Shown here piece after piece: positions 9,442 through 19,375 of a DNA stretch of 64,000 nucleotides (position 1 is its first letter; the number at the start of each line of letters is the position of its first letter). The stretch comes from an uncultured bacterium (GTDB taxonomy: Bacteria; Krumholzibacteriota; Krumholzibacteriia; LZORAL124-64-63), in contig CAVSGO010000005.1 in assembly GCA_963727525.1 (NCBI GenBank), positions 128,001-192,000 on the forward strand. The letters run 5' to 3'. The position numbers and the translations under genes are program-made. Below the pieces are notes generated by a model. That model was not told the DNA's origin, ran no database searches, and worked only from the letters and a program-made list of their open reading frames with translations.

Positions 9442-12027
9442 TCAGTGCCCAGTATCGAGCCCGTCGAGCGCGAGTTGCACCGACTCGTCGATCGTGCTAT
9501 CCAAGCCCGCTCGCAGGAGCACGAGGCGTGTCGCGCGGTCCCGCAAGAGGATCACGGGTCCGTTGCGGGCCGTCCCCCGGACGTAACGCGCCACCCGCTC
9601 GTCGGCGCGCATCACGTCCCCGGTCAGTCCCGCATCGCGCACCTGCATTCGCCAGGCAGCGACGGCGTCGTCATCACCGCAGACCACGATGCGCACGGGC
9701 ACGTCGTCGTGAGTCAGGCGATCGTTCGCACGCGCGAGGGCGGCGAGCACTCGCGTCGCCGCCTCGCCTGGTACGAGCCACACGTCGAGACCACCATCGA
9801 CGGCACCGACGGGCAGGTCCGCCGCGAGGTCCGCATCGACGAGCGTCCCCAGGTCCCAGCCCGCCGGGTCCACATCCATCGGCAACACCACCCGGGCTGT
9901 CTCGTCCACGGCCACGGTGAATGCCCGCAGACGCCCACACGCGCTGCCGCCGGGCACGCGCGTGACAGCGCCCAGCACGTAGGTGCCGGGATCCCAGGGT
10001 TGCACGCCCGTCGCGATGTCCCACCAGCGCGGATCGAGCTTTCCCTCGCCCGGCAGCGCCACGGCAAAACGCCGATAGGGTTCGGCATCCGGACAGGCCA
10101 CCCCGCCATGCGTGAAGGCGAGGTCGAGCCAGGCCGCCGCCGCGGCGGTGGCCTGCGGCGGCGACGTGTCGGGCGGCAGCGGATCCACCTGATGCCAGGC
10201 GCCGGACCACACCTCCACGTGGTCGCGCACGAAGCGCGCCGGCACGCCGGCGCGGCGGCAGAGACCCACGAAGGCCGTGCGCACGTCGCCACGGCGCCCG
10301 CGGCGCAGCCTCCATGTCCGGTCCGGCGGGAGCGGATTGCCCAAAGCACCGTCGGCCACGACCGCGACCCGCACGCGCAACGAATCCAGCCACGCGGTGA
10401 CGGTGGCGTCGGCATCGGCGCCCAGACCCCAGCGCGGCAACGGAGTGCGCCAGTCGCCGGCCGGCTCGTCGTGGATGCGACCGGGCAGCACCGCATCGAT
10501 GAAGAGGCTCTCCGGCACGCCGATCCCCCAAGCCTGCGACATGGCGTCGCGCACGGCCAGCGCCGCACGCACCTGGGCCAGCGCCGCGTCGGGCGTGTCC
10601 TCCAGCAGGTCCTTGTCGTCGGCGGCGGCGAGGAATGCCGTGAGGGCGCCTCGCTCCTGCCGCCGCATCGTCGCCAGCAGGCGTACCCACGGCGACACGG
10701 CCACCAGCGGCTTGGCAAGGATCGCGTCCCAGGCGGCGCGCAGGTCCGGCGGCAGGGAATCGAGCAGCGTCGTGTCGGTCGCATCGAGCGTGCGCAGCTT
10801 GGTGCGCTCGTCGGCGATCGCCGTGACGATCGCGCGATGGCGCGCGAAGACATCATCGGACACGAGAATCTCGTGGCGCAGCGGCAACGCGGCGGCCGAC
10901 GGATAGTGCAGCCAGAACGGTGGCGACGCCGCCAGGTCATAGCGGTCGGCCGGCCCGAGAGTGACGCGTGTGCGCCCCGCGGCCTCCCCCTTCACGACCT
11001 GCAGCAGGAGATCCCCCGTGCCCGGATCGGCCGCCGTGAGCGCATATTCGCCGGGACCGAGCGCGAGCGTGCCACCGCCTTTCAGCCTCGCGATGCTACG
11101 CAGCGTGCCGTAGTTCAACACGTTGACGAAGATCTCGGCGTCCGGAGCGCCGGCCACCTCGGCCTCGAGCGTGAACGCGCGTGTGTAGACGGCCGTGGAG
11201 TTGACGACGGTGATTCCGTCGCCCTGCCGGTACACCGGTTCGTCGGCCGGCGTGAACTCACCATAGGCCACGCTGCGCACGAAACCCGCGCGGCTCGCCG
11301 GTTCGCTGAACCAAGTGTTGTCGAGGCAGCGCGCGTCGTCGCAGCTCTCGGCGTAGTGCCAGCGGCCGTTCACCCACACCTCGACCCAGGCATGGTTGTC
11401 GTCGGTGAACGTCCAGTAGGGCGTGGAACAGGCGCGCGCCGGGATGCCGGCCGCGCGCAGGGCGCAGATGGTGAGGATCATCTCCTCCTCGCAGCGGCCC
11501 AGGCCGCGGGCGAGGGTGGTGAGCGGCCCCATGTCACGACCGCTGGTGGGCGTGTAGGTTGCGTGCTCGCGGCACCAGCGATTCACTGCGAGCGCCGCCG
11601 CTTCCATGTCGGTGTACGGCGCGACCACGGGCGCCAGCGCCCGCGCCAGCACGGCACGCCAAGCCTGTACCGGCTCCTGGCTCACGCGGTGCGGCACGAC
11701 GTAGTGGAGCCAAAGATCGTCCGGAACCTCGTCGCGCCACGACGCGCGTCGGCGCGCGTCGCAAGCGAACGCCACATGCTCCTGCAAGGTCGGCAGATCG
11801 AGATCGGCGACGTCGCTCGGCGGCAACCAGGCCAGGATCCATTGCGCCGCCCGTTGCGCTGGCGATCCGGACGACAATCCTGCGTACCACGTGGCAACCT
11901 GGGCGCCGTCGCCGCGCAGGGCGATCACCGAATCGACGCGCGCGGCGAGGTCGACGCCGGCGTCCGCCACGGAGGCAGCCATCAGGACACAGATGACCCA
12001 GAACCACACCGCTCGTTGTCCTCTCAC
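9442..12027 (-). CDS. Secreted transglutaminase-like domain protein (two TGase-like domains)
   Basis: Signal peptide; GRCEEE...ALRAAGIPAR...NHAWVEVW; second degenerate copy LCRRAGVPAR...VEVW. Confidence 0.88.
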   Translation of the reverse strand: MRGQRAVWFWVICVLMAASVADAGVDLAARVDSVIALRGDGAQVATWYAGLSSGSPAQRAAQWILAWLPPSDVADLDLPTLQEHVAFACDARRRASWRDEVPDDLWLHYVVPHRVSQEPVQAWRAVLARALAPVVAPYTDMEAAALAVNRWCREHATYTPTSGRDMGPLTTLARGLGRCEEEMILTICALRAAGIPARACSTPYWTFTDDNHAWVEVWVNGRWHYAESCDDARCLDNTWFSEPASRAGFVRSVAYGEFTPADEPVYRQGDGITVVNSTAVYTRAFTLEAEVAGAPDAEIFVNVLNYGTLRSIARLKGGGTLALGPGEYALTAADPGTGDLLLQVVKGEAAGRTRVTLGPADRYDLAASPPFWLHYPSAAALPLRHEILVSDDVFARHRAIVTAIADERTKLRTLDATDTTLLDSLPPDLRAAWDAILAKPLVAVSPWVRLLATMRRQERGALTAFLAAADDKDLLEDTPDAALAQVRAALAVRDAMSQAWGIGVPESLFIDAVLPGRIHDEPAGDWRTPLPRWGLGADADATVTAWLDSLRVRVAVVADGALGNPLPPDRTWRLRRGRRGDVRTAFVGLCRRAGVPARFVRDHVEVWSGAWHQVDPLPPDTSPPQATAAAAAWLDLAFTHGGVACPDAEPYRRFAVALPGEGKLDPRWWDIATGVQPWDPGTYVLGAVTRVPGGSACGRLRAFTVAVDETARVVLPMDVDPAGWDLGTLVDADLAADLPVGAVDGGLDVWLVPGEAATRVLAALARANDRLTHDDVPVRIVVCGDDDAVAAWRMQVRDAGLTGDVMRADERVARYVRGTARNGPVILLRDRATRLVLLRAGLDSTIDESVQLALDGLDTGH

Positions 12028-12053
12028 ATCACGCCTCTCGTCTGGTGACGCTC

Positions 12054-12725
12054 CTAGCTGCCGGCGCGCCGCGCACCCTTGACCATGGCCATCAGCCCCG
12101 CCTCCATGGCCTTCGCCGTGGCCACGGGACCGGTGAGCTTGAAGAACACGTTGCCGTCGGGGGCTCCCAGCACCACGCCAACGAGCCGGTAGCCGTCCTT
12201 CGCCGTACCGCCGCCGACGGCCGGGCCCATGCCGCCCTTGTACGTGCCGTCTATGGACACCACATGGGCATCCATGCCGTCAACCGAGAAGGAGCTGCGT
12301 TCGGGTTCTTCCCCGCTCGCCGCAGCGACCTGGCCAGTCCATCGCGCGAGATTGGCGTCGACGTCGCCGCCCTGGCCGGCACCGAAGTAGAACACGTCGA
12401 TCTCGGCCGGATCGCTGTCGCCCTCCGCTGGCGCGAGCTGGTACTGCGCTTTGCGCATGCCGTTGGCGCCGAGATCCTGCCAGCCGGCGGAGGGCGTGAA
12501 GGTGGCGCCGGCGATGGTGAACGCACCCTCCGGCGCCGCCGCGGGTGCGGGCGGAATCCGGGCCGGCTGCGATTCCACGGTCCCGTTGCCGTGTCCGCCG
12601 ATCTCCTCGGCCTTCTTGCCGCCGCAGCCGGCAACGAGAGGGAGTGTGAAGAGAACAAGTGAGAAGAGGGCGAGAGCCCCGAGCATCGGGATCGTCCCGA
12701 GGCGGGTCATCGGTGACGTCTTCAT
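12054..12725 (-). CDS. Conserved hypothetical lipoprotein
   Basis: AAGGAG RBS; lipobox LVAGC; GGDVDANLARWTGQ and FFKLTGP motifs. Confidence 0.8.
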   Translation of the reverse strand: MKTSPMTRLGTIPMLGALALFSLVLFTLPLVAGCGGKKAEEIGGHGNGTVESQPARIPPAPAAAPEGAFTIAGATFTPSAGWQDLGANGMRKAQYQLAPAEGDSDPAEIDVFYFGAGQGGDVDANLARWTGQVAAASGEEPERSSFSVDGMDAHVVSIDGTYKGGMGPAVGGGTAKDGYRLVGVVLGAPDGNVFFKLTGPVATAKAMEAGLMAMVKGARRAGS

Positions 12726-12818
12726 GGATCGCTCCTTGCCTGTGGTGCCGCGCGCCCGGGCGCGCCATGGTCTCCGAGACAGGAAAAGCCGAGCCGCGCA
12801 GATGGCCAGCGACGATCT

Positions 12819-12846
12819 TGTCACCAATGCCGGGATCGGTCGTAGA
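12819..12846 (+). promoter_or_regulatory. Putative ECF autoregulatory promoter
   Basis: TGTCACC-N15-CGTAGA upstream of the ECF gene. Confidence 0.4.
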
Positions 12847-12902
12847 AGGGATAGCTCGCCACGTCATGGATACGCCGTGTCACCGGGGAGAGAGGTCACC
12901 GT

Positions 12903-13511
12903 GTGGATCTGAAGCTCGTCAGGCGCGATCGCCGTCACGCCCGTTGGCTCGCCGGTGCTCGCGATGGCGATGGCCGGCTCTTCGCCCGGCTATACGACGA
13001 ACTCTACCCCCCGGTGAGCCACTACCTCGGCCGGCGCGTCGCCCGCGTGGAAGATGCCGAGGATCTTGTCGCGACGGTCTTCCAACGCCTGCTGCAGAAC
13101 CTGTCGCGCTTCGATCCCCGTCGGGGCAGCGTGCTGGGCTGGGCCATGACGATGGCTCGCCACGCGCTGATCGACCACCTGCGGCGCACCCGCGAGACCC
13201 TGCGTGTGGAGGACCTGGCCGACGTGCTGGCCGGTCCCGGCCCGGACCCCCTCGAGGGCCTGATCCGTACCGAGAAGGCGGATCGCCTCCGGCTGCGGCT
13301 TGGCGAGTTGCCGGCCGCCACGCGTGAAATGCTCGCCTTGCACTACGAGCAGGACCTGCGCCTGCGGGATATCGGCAAGCTCCTGGGCCTGAGCGAGGTC
13401 GCCGTGAAGCAGCGGTTCTCGCGGGCCCGCCGCGAGCTGCGTGACATGTTGCGAGCCGAGACTTCCCCTGCCCGTACCGTGCCAACCCGCGAGGTGGATC
13501 ATGCCACATGA
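12903..13511 (+). CDS. ECF RNA polymerase sigma factor
   Basis: Region 2 (DAEDLVATVF, W...ARHALIDHLR) and region 4 (DIGKLLGLSEVAVKQRFSRAR). Confidence 0.93.
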   Translation: MDLKLVRRDRRHARWLAGARDGDGRLFARLYDELYPPVSHYLGRRVARVEDAEDLVATVFQRLLQNLSRFDPRRGSVLGWAMTMARHALIDHLRRTRETLRVEDLADVLAGPGPDPLEGLIRTEKADRLRLRLGELPAATREMLALHYEQDLRLRDIGKLLGLSEVAVKQRFSRARRELRDMLRAETSPARTVPTREVDHAT

Positions 13512-14226
13512 AGACATGGATAGCCGGCTGCGCGCGCTCTTCGCTGCGCGTCGCCCGGGCCGTGACACCCATCGGGACGAGCTGCGTGCCACGCTGCTCG
13601 CCCACCACCACCGCGCCTACCCGCAGACGAAGAGGTGGACGATCATGACGCACCGGATCTGGTTCCGGCCCACACTTGCCGCTCTCGCCATCACCGTCCT
13701 CGGCGTGGCGGCTTGCAACACGCCTACGAGTTACGATGTCAAGATGGGCCAGCGCGTGGCCATCGCCGTCGACGGACCGGCCAAGGCCGCCGACCTCGAG
13801 GCCCAGCTCAACGAGGTGTCGGCCTTCGTGGAGACCCTGCCCGATGTCGACGGCGTGTGGGCCTCGATCGACGCCACGCCCGACGGCACCACCACGGCCG
13901 GCCTCAACGTCTGGGGCCAGTCCCTCGACGGCACCGCCCTGCAGGACGCATTGCAGCAACACTTCCCCTTCCTGGCCGATGCGGCCATCACGATCACCCC
14001 CCTGGCGGGCGAGGCCCACGGCAGCATGGTCGACGCCCTCGGCCACACGCTCTTCCACGCCGAGGTCCAGGGTGAGACGGCCGAGGAAGTCCGTCAGAAC
14101 ATCCTGCGCCAGCTTGCCGACCAGGGTTTCACCGGCGACGCCCGCGTCGAGTTCATCGAGGGCGACGGCCACCACACCATCAACGTCGAACTCGACGACG
14201 GCACGCCCCAGCGCACGTCGCACTAG
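13501..14226 (+). CDS. Putative anti-sigma factor (short N-terminal domain, TM/lipobox, extracytoplasmic domain)
   Basis: Overlaps the ECF stop; hydrophobic segment ending in LGVAAC. Confidence 0.7.
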   Translation: MPHEDMDSRLRALFAARRPGRDTHRDELRATLLAHHHRAYPQTKRWTIMTHRIWFRPTLAALAITVLGVAACNTPTSYDVKMGQRVAIAVDGPAKAADLEAQLNEVSAFVETLPDVDGVWASIDATPDGTTTAGLNVWGQSLDGTALQDALQQHFPFLADAAITITPLAGEAHGSMVDALGHTLFHAEVQGETAEEVRQNILRQLADQGFTGDARVEFIEGDGHHTINVELDDGTPQRTSH

Positions 14227-14379
14227 GCCTGGCACCCCCCACCTCCCGCGATCCCGGCAGCGGTCCGATAGCGCCGGGATCGTCATATCTGCAGGCTGAC
14301 CAGCGGCGTATTTCGTGCTAGATTCTCGGGTGAGATGGACGCGATGGCGCCGGCCGGAACCCCACCCGAGGTGGAGATG

Positions 14380-14724
14380 ATGAGCGAGGACCGCAAGTTC
14401 GAGAGGGCGCACGCCGCCTACCACGCCGAGATTCGCCGCCAGGACAGTGACGAGATCGTGGGCCATCTCGCCGACATCTCCGAGGGTGGCCTCATGCTCA
14501 CCGCGGAGGCGCCGCTCACCGTGGGCATCCGCCTCGATCTCACCGTCGAGCTGCCGCGGTCGGCAGGTGCGGGCGAGGTCGTGCCGGTGGCTGCGCGGGT
14601 GCGCTGGTGCGAGGCCGATCTGGCGCCCGGCGTATACGCGGCAGGCCTCGAATTCACGGGCGATGCGCCCACTGTCGCTCATGTGAAGGAACAGCTCGTC
14701 CGTCTGCTCGGGCAGGGCCGATGA
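14380..14724 (+). CDS. PilZ-domain (c-di-GMP receptor) protein
   Basis: RKFER (RxxxR) and DISEGG (DxSxxG); GAGGTG RBS. Confidence 0.9.
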   Translation: MSEDRKFERAHAAYHAEIRRQDSDEIVGHLADISEGGLMLTAEAPLTVGIRLDLTVELPRSAGAGEVVPVAARVRWCEADLAPGVYAAGLEFTGDAPTVAHVKEQLVRLLGQGR

Positions 14725-17030
14725 CGGCGAAGATGTCCGTCCGCGCTCACATCGAGCATCTCCTGACCACGCATCCCACGCTGCGGGTGCGTTTCCTGCG
14801 TTCCCTCCTGATCGCCATGCACAGCAAGAACGTGCTGAGCCTCGAGGAGGTGCAGCGGCAGGCCGACGAGAGCGTGCAGGTGAACACCACCCAGGCCGGC
14901 GACGACAACGTGCCCCTGGCCACGCGCCTCGACGAGGCCCAGCGCCGCAAGGTCCAGGAGCTGACCATCGATCACGCCGCGCGGCACCTCTCGATCGCCG
15001 AGATCGACGACGTCCTGAATATCACCCGCAAGCGCGACGAGGCCATGAATCTCGAGGAGATTGCCAACCTGAGCACGATCTCCTTCGGGTTGCTCCGCCA
15101 GAAAGTGCACGACTTCTGCTCAATCCCCCGCGGCCAGAGCCGTCTGCCCGAGTACGAGGCCACGTCGGTCCGGGTGGCGCTGATCAAGCGCATGGTGAGC
15201 GAGCAGCTCGAGTTCGTCGGCATCGCCAAGCGCTACCTCGAGATCCGCGACTTCGACGACATCGTCTCGCGCATCATCGGCCCGGACGACGGGCAGGGGC
15301 TCATCGGCGGCAAGGCCGGCGGCATGATCCTGGGCTCCAAGATCCTCGAACACGAGGCCCGACGGGATCCCCAGGCGCCGACCATCGCGGTGAAGGTGCC
15401 CGAGTCGTGGTTCGTGCGGTCGGACGTGATGGAACGCTTCGTCAAGCACAACGCGCTGCAGGAATTCCTCGATCAGAAGTACAAGCCGATCGACGAGGTG
15501 CGGCGCGAGTCGGGGATGATCCTCAATCTCTTCCGCAATGCCGACTTCCCGCCCGAGATCGTGGCGCGCGTGCGCGACTTGCTGGAGACCACAGGCTCCC
15601 ACCCGCTCATCGTGCGTTCCAGCAGCCTGCTCGAGGACCGCTTCGGCACCGCCTTCGCCGGGAAGTACCGCAGCATCTTCGTCACCAACCAGGGCACGGT
15701 GGAGGAGCGCCTCGACCAGCTCCTGGGCGCCATCGCCGAGGTCTACGCCTCCACCCTGATGCCCGACCCGATCAGCTACCGCCAGCGCCACAACCTTCTC
15801 GACTTCACCGAGAGCATGGGCGTGCTCATCCAGAAGCTGGTGGGCTGCCGCATCGGCCCCTACTTCCTGCCGGTCTACGCCGGTGTGGGCTTCAGTCACA
15901 ACGCGTACCGCCGCAATCCGCGTATCCGCGCCGAGGACGGCCTGGCCCGCATCGTCTTCGGCCTGGGCACGCGCGCCGTCGACCGCACCGCCAGCGACTT
16001 CCCACGCATGATACCCCTGGGCCTACCTACCATGCGCCCCGAGGTGAAGACCCGCGACATCGTGGGCAACAGCCAGCATCGCGTGGACGTCATCAACGTG
16101 GCGCAGAATCGCTTCGAGACGGTATCGGTGGCCGACGTCATGAAGCACGGCACGTCGGTGACGGGCGCCAACCTCGTGTTCTCGGTGCTCGAACACGGAT
16201 TCCTGCGCCCTCTGCTCGGCCACGGCCTGATGGGCGATGCGGAAGACCTCGTGGTCACCTTCGACGGATTCGCCCGCGACACCGGCGGACCGGGCCGCAT
16301 CCAGTGGGTGCTCAAGACCCTCGAGCGCGCCTATGGCTGTCCGATCGACATCGAGTACGCCAGCGACGGCACGGATTTCTACCTGCTGCAATGCCGGCCT
16401 CAGGCCATGCGCAAGTCCGTGGCCGTGGTACCGGTGCCGCCGGCAATCCCGGCCGAGCGGCGCCTTTTCTCAGCCCATAGCGACATCGTGAACGCGCAGG
16501 TCTACGACCTCGCCTGGATCGTCCTCGTCGACCCGCGCGACTACAATGATCTCGAATCGGAAGACCGGCGTCTGGCCGTCGCCCAGACCATCTCGCGCCT
16601 GAATGCCCGCCTGCACGGCGAGCGCTTCGCCCTGCTCGGCCCTGGCCGCTGGGGCAGCAAGGATACGCGCCTCGGCGTGCGCGTGGGCTACGCCGACATC
16701 AACAACACGGCACTCCTGGTGGAGATCGCCCGCGAACAGGGCGGCGTGCAACCGGAGGTTTCGTTCGGCAGCCACTTCTTCCAGGATCTCGTGGAGTCGG
16801 ATATCCACTACCTGGCACTCTACCCTGACGACCCCGATGCCGATTTCAACGAGAAGTTCCTGCACGGCAGCACCAATGCGCTCGTTGAGCTGCTGCCCGA
16901 GGCGGCGCCACAGGCCGGTGTCGTGCGCGTGATCGACGTGGCCGCGGCCACGGGCGGGCAGCGCCTGCACGTGATCATGGACGGCGAGCAGCAGGAGGCG
17001 CTCGGCTACCTCGACGATCCTCGGCGCTGA
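14721..17030 (+). CDS. PEP/pyruvate-binding (PPDK_N ATP-grasp) domain protein lacking the canonical phospho-His and pyruvate domains
   Basis: IGGKAGG, IVRSSSLLED...FAGKY, DIEYA...LLQCRP, GPGRWGS, SFGSHFFQDLVE; ATGA overlap with the PilZ gene. Confidence 0.88.
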   Translation: MTAKMSVRAHIEHLLTTHPTLRVRFLRSLLIAMHSKNVLSLEEVQRQADESVQVNTTQAGDDNVPLATRLDEAQRRKVQELTIDHAARHLSIAEIDDVLNITRKRDEAMNLEEIANLSTISFGLLRQKVHDFCSIPRGQSRLPEYEATSVRVALIKRMVSEQLEFVGIAKRYLEIRDFDDIVSRIIGPDDGQGLIGGKAGGMILGSKILEHEARRDPQAPTIAVKVPESWFVRSDVMERFVKHNALQEFLDQKYKPIDEVRRESGMILNLFRNADFPPEIVARVRDLLETTGSHPLIVRSSSLLEDRFGTAFAGKYRSIFVTNQGTVEERLDQLLGAIAEVYASTLMPDPISYRQRHNLLDFTESMGVLIQKLVGCRIGPYFLPVYAGVGFSHNAYRRNPRIRAEDGLARIVFGLGTRAVDRTASDFPRMIPLGLPTMRPEVKTRDIVGNSQHRVDVINVAQNRFETVSVADVMKHGTSVTGANLVFSVLEHGFLRPLLGHGLMGDAEDLVVTFDGFARDTGGPGRIQWVLKTLERAYGCPIDIEYASDGTDFYLLQCRPQAMRKSVAVVPVPPAIPAERRLFSAHSDIVNAQVYDLAWIVLVDPRDYNDLESEDRRLAVAQTISRLNARLHGERFALLGPGRWGSKDTRLGVRVGYADINNTALLVEIAREQGGVQPEVSFGSHFFQDLVESDIHYLALYPDDPDADFNEKFLHGSTNALVELLPEAAPQAGVVRVIDVAAATGGQRLHVIMDGEQQEALGYLDDPRR

Positions 17031-17692
17031 TCCCGGCGCTGACCAGACCCGCGCAGGTAGCGCACGCCGCACGCGATGAGCAGTAGGCATCCGGGCACGA
17101 ACAGCCCCACCGCATACGGCCGAGGCATCGCCCCGCGCAGCCCCGCGTCCATGTCCTTCAACCAGCTCGTCAGGAGCAGCGCCGACCCCGCCGCGCCCAG
17201 CAGCCAGGCTCCCGCGTCGGCCCGTCCGGGCTCGTCTCGCTCCTCCTTGCGCGCCACGAGCACGCCGAACACCACCATCAGCACCGCCGCAGTGGCCGGC
17301 GCATACACCGGCCCCACCCAAGGCCAGGGCAGCAAGAAGAGGATGTCCCAGGTACCGGGTGCGGGCGGCCAGCCGAGGGCGAGGAAGAGCCCGAGATAGT
17401 AGACGAGATCCCACACCCCGAACGCGATCAGGAAGCACGCGAACCGCTGCCAGCGCGACCGCCCCGCGAGCATACCCACAGCCGCGAGCATGACCAGCGT
17501 GGCCAGCTCGCGCACCAGCTCCACCTTCAGCAACGCCGGATCGATCACACGCAGCGGAAATGCGAACCCGCCAGGATAGACGATCCGCCGCAGATACACC
17601 ACGACCGCGGCCTCCACCCAGCCGAATGCCACGCCGAAGAGCGCGACCCACAGCAGGCGGCCGGTCACGGAGGTGCGGCGCGCCACGGTCAC
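17006..17692 (-). CDS. Conserved integral membrane protein
   Basis: About 6 TM segments; EAAVVVYLR, RELATLVML, FGVWDLVYY, WDILFLLPWPW; start position approximate. Confidence 0.8.
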   Translation of the reverse strand: MTVARRTSVTGRLLWVALFGVAFGWVEAAVVVYLRRIVYPGGFAFPLRVIDPALLKVELVRELATLVMLAAVGMLAGRSRWQRFACFLIAFGVWDLVYYLGLFLALGWPPAPGTWDILFLLPWPWVGPVYAPATAAVLMVVFGVLVARKEERDEPGRADAGAWLLGAAGSALLLTSWLKDMDAGLRGAMPRPYAVGLFVPGCLLLIACGVRYLRGSGQRRDQRRGSSR

Positions 17693-17699
17693 CGGTGCG

Positions 17700-19265
17700 T
17701 CACCGCACGAGCGTGACGGTGCGCGTCTGCGATACCTGCCCCGCCACGACACGGCACAGATAGGTACCGGCCGCCACGGCTCGCTGCGTATCGTCGAGTC
17801 CGTCCCACGTCACGGCGTGGCGGCCCGCCGGATACGGACCCTGCGCCAGCGTGCGCAGCCGCCGCCCCGCCGGGTCATACACGGCCAGGTCCACCTGGCC
17901 CGACTCCGCCAGGGTGAAGGCCACGGTCGTGCGTGGATTGAACGGATTCGGGTAGGCCCCATGCAGCGTCACCGCCGGCGGCGTCGCGGCGTCCGGGGTG
18001 GCCGTGAGGTCGGGGTGCGCGAGGAACACCTTCACGCACGGTTCGCCCGAGTTGCCGACCACGAGGTCGGGCCAGTCGTCGCCGTTGATGTCGCCGAAGG
18101 CGATGGCCGTGCCCACCGAGGGCGAGTCGTAGGTCCACGACGGCGCCGTGGAAAGCGTGCCGTTCTGGTTGAGGTAGATGTGCACCTGGCCGTTGCTGAA
18201 ATGATCCTCGGCGAGGTCGAGATCGCCATCGCGGTCGACATCGCAGAAGGTGATGTCGCTGTGCCCGAAGTAGGTGGCACTGGAGGCCCACACCACGGAG
18301 AGCGCGCCCGCATCGTTGCCCCAGAGTTGCGTCGGCGAGTGACCGAGCGCGAGGTCGGCCCAGCCGTCGCCATCCACATCGCCCCAGGCCACGCCCTTGT
18401 CGGTATCGGTGGTGCCGGTGGTCCAGGTGGGCACCGTCTGCACGACGCCACTGACGGTGCGGTAGATACCACTGGCGAAGTTGGCCCACTTGGAGACGGC
18501 GATGTCGTCCCAGCCGTCGTGATCCCAATCGGCCACGGCCAGGTAATTCTGCAGCGACATCTCGGCCGATTGCCAGCCCGGTGTGGAGGACAGCGTGCCG
18601 TTGTCGTTGAAGAAGATGTACATGGGCCGGTAGGGATCGGTCGGAGAGTTGCCCTGGTTGGCGGTGATCACGTCGATGTCGCCGTCATGATCGATGTCAT
18701 ACGGCAAGGCGTAGTTGTTCCACGCCCCGCCCGACTCCGCGCTCGACCAGCCCGGCGACGTCGAAGGACCGGTGGCCGTGCCCCAGTAGATCACCGAGGG
18801 CGACATGGCCGAGCCGCCGTTGGCGGAGAAGATATCGGGATACCCGTCGCCGTCGATGTCGGCCACCTCGATATCGCCCGTGGACACCTCGTCGGCCGAA
18901 ACCCATGAGGGATCGGCCTCCAGCGCACCGCCGGTGTTGTAGTAGATGAGGTTTTCCCAGTCGGTGTAGGGCGGGAAGCTGTTGGAGATGTAGCAGCCTA
19001 CCACGACGTCGGCCCAACCATCGCCGTTCATGTCGGCCACCTGAAGGCCGCCCACCTGCCGGCGCAAGGCATTCTCCCAGTCGGGCGCCGTGCCGTAGGG
19101 CACGCCGTCGCGTGTCGTGATCACCTGTCCGTCCGTGGACGAGGAGACGATAGTCACCGTCTCCTGGCCATCGTCGGAAACCTCGACCGGCGGCGGCACG
19201 GCGCGCAGCGGCAGCGCGACGAAAGCGATCAGGGCGAGCGCGAGCATCGGGATCATGGGGCGCAT
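17700..19265 (-). CDS. Secreted FG-GAP/VCBS-repeat beta-propeller with a FlgD-Ig CTD
   Basis: Seven DxD/NxDG..D repeats; YPNPFNP...VTLVR; GGAGG RBS. Confidence 0.9.
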   Translation of the reverse strand: MRPMIPMLALALIAFVALPLRAVPPPVEVSDDGQETVTIVSSSTDGQVITTRDGVPYGTAPDWENALRRQVGGLQVADMNGDGWADVVVGCYISNSFPPYTDWENLIYYNTGGALEADPSWVSADEVSTGDIEVADIDGDGYPDIFSANGGSAMSPSVIYWGTATGPSTSPGWSSAESGGAWNNYALPYDIDHDGDIDVITANQGNSPTDPYRPMYIFFNDNGTLSSTPGWQSAEMSLQNYLAVADWDHDGWDDIAVSKWANFASGIYRTVSGVVQTVPTWTTGTTDTDKGVAWGDVDGDGWADLALGHSPTQLWGNDAGALSVVWASSATYFGHSDITFCDVDRDGDLDLAEDHFSNGQVHIYLNQNGTLSTAPSWTYDSPSVGTAIAFGDINGDDWPDLVVGNSGEPCVKVFLAHPDLTATPDAATPPAVTLHGAYPNPFNPRTTVAFTLAESGQVDLAVYDPAGRRLRTLAQGPYPAGRHAVTWDGLDDTQRAVAAGTYLCRVVAGQVSQTRTVTLVR

Positions 19266-19343
19266 GGCGGGGCCTCCGCGGACGGGAAGGGCGATCGTGC
19301 GGTGAACCCTTCCATGGTACCGCATCGCCGCCGCCGTTACCAC

Positions 19344-19375
19344 CGCCACCGGCTACTTCCGCCACCGGCTACTTC
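19344..19375. repeat. Perfect 16-bp tandem duplication spanning a stop codon
   Basis: CGCCACCGGCTACTTC x2. Confidence 0.85.

Noticed and set aside
9277-12048. 923-aa plus-strand ORF
   Set aside because: Antisense shadow of the transglutaminase gene; no motifs; expected in high-GC DNA
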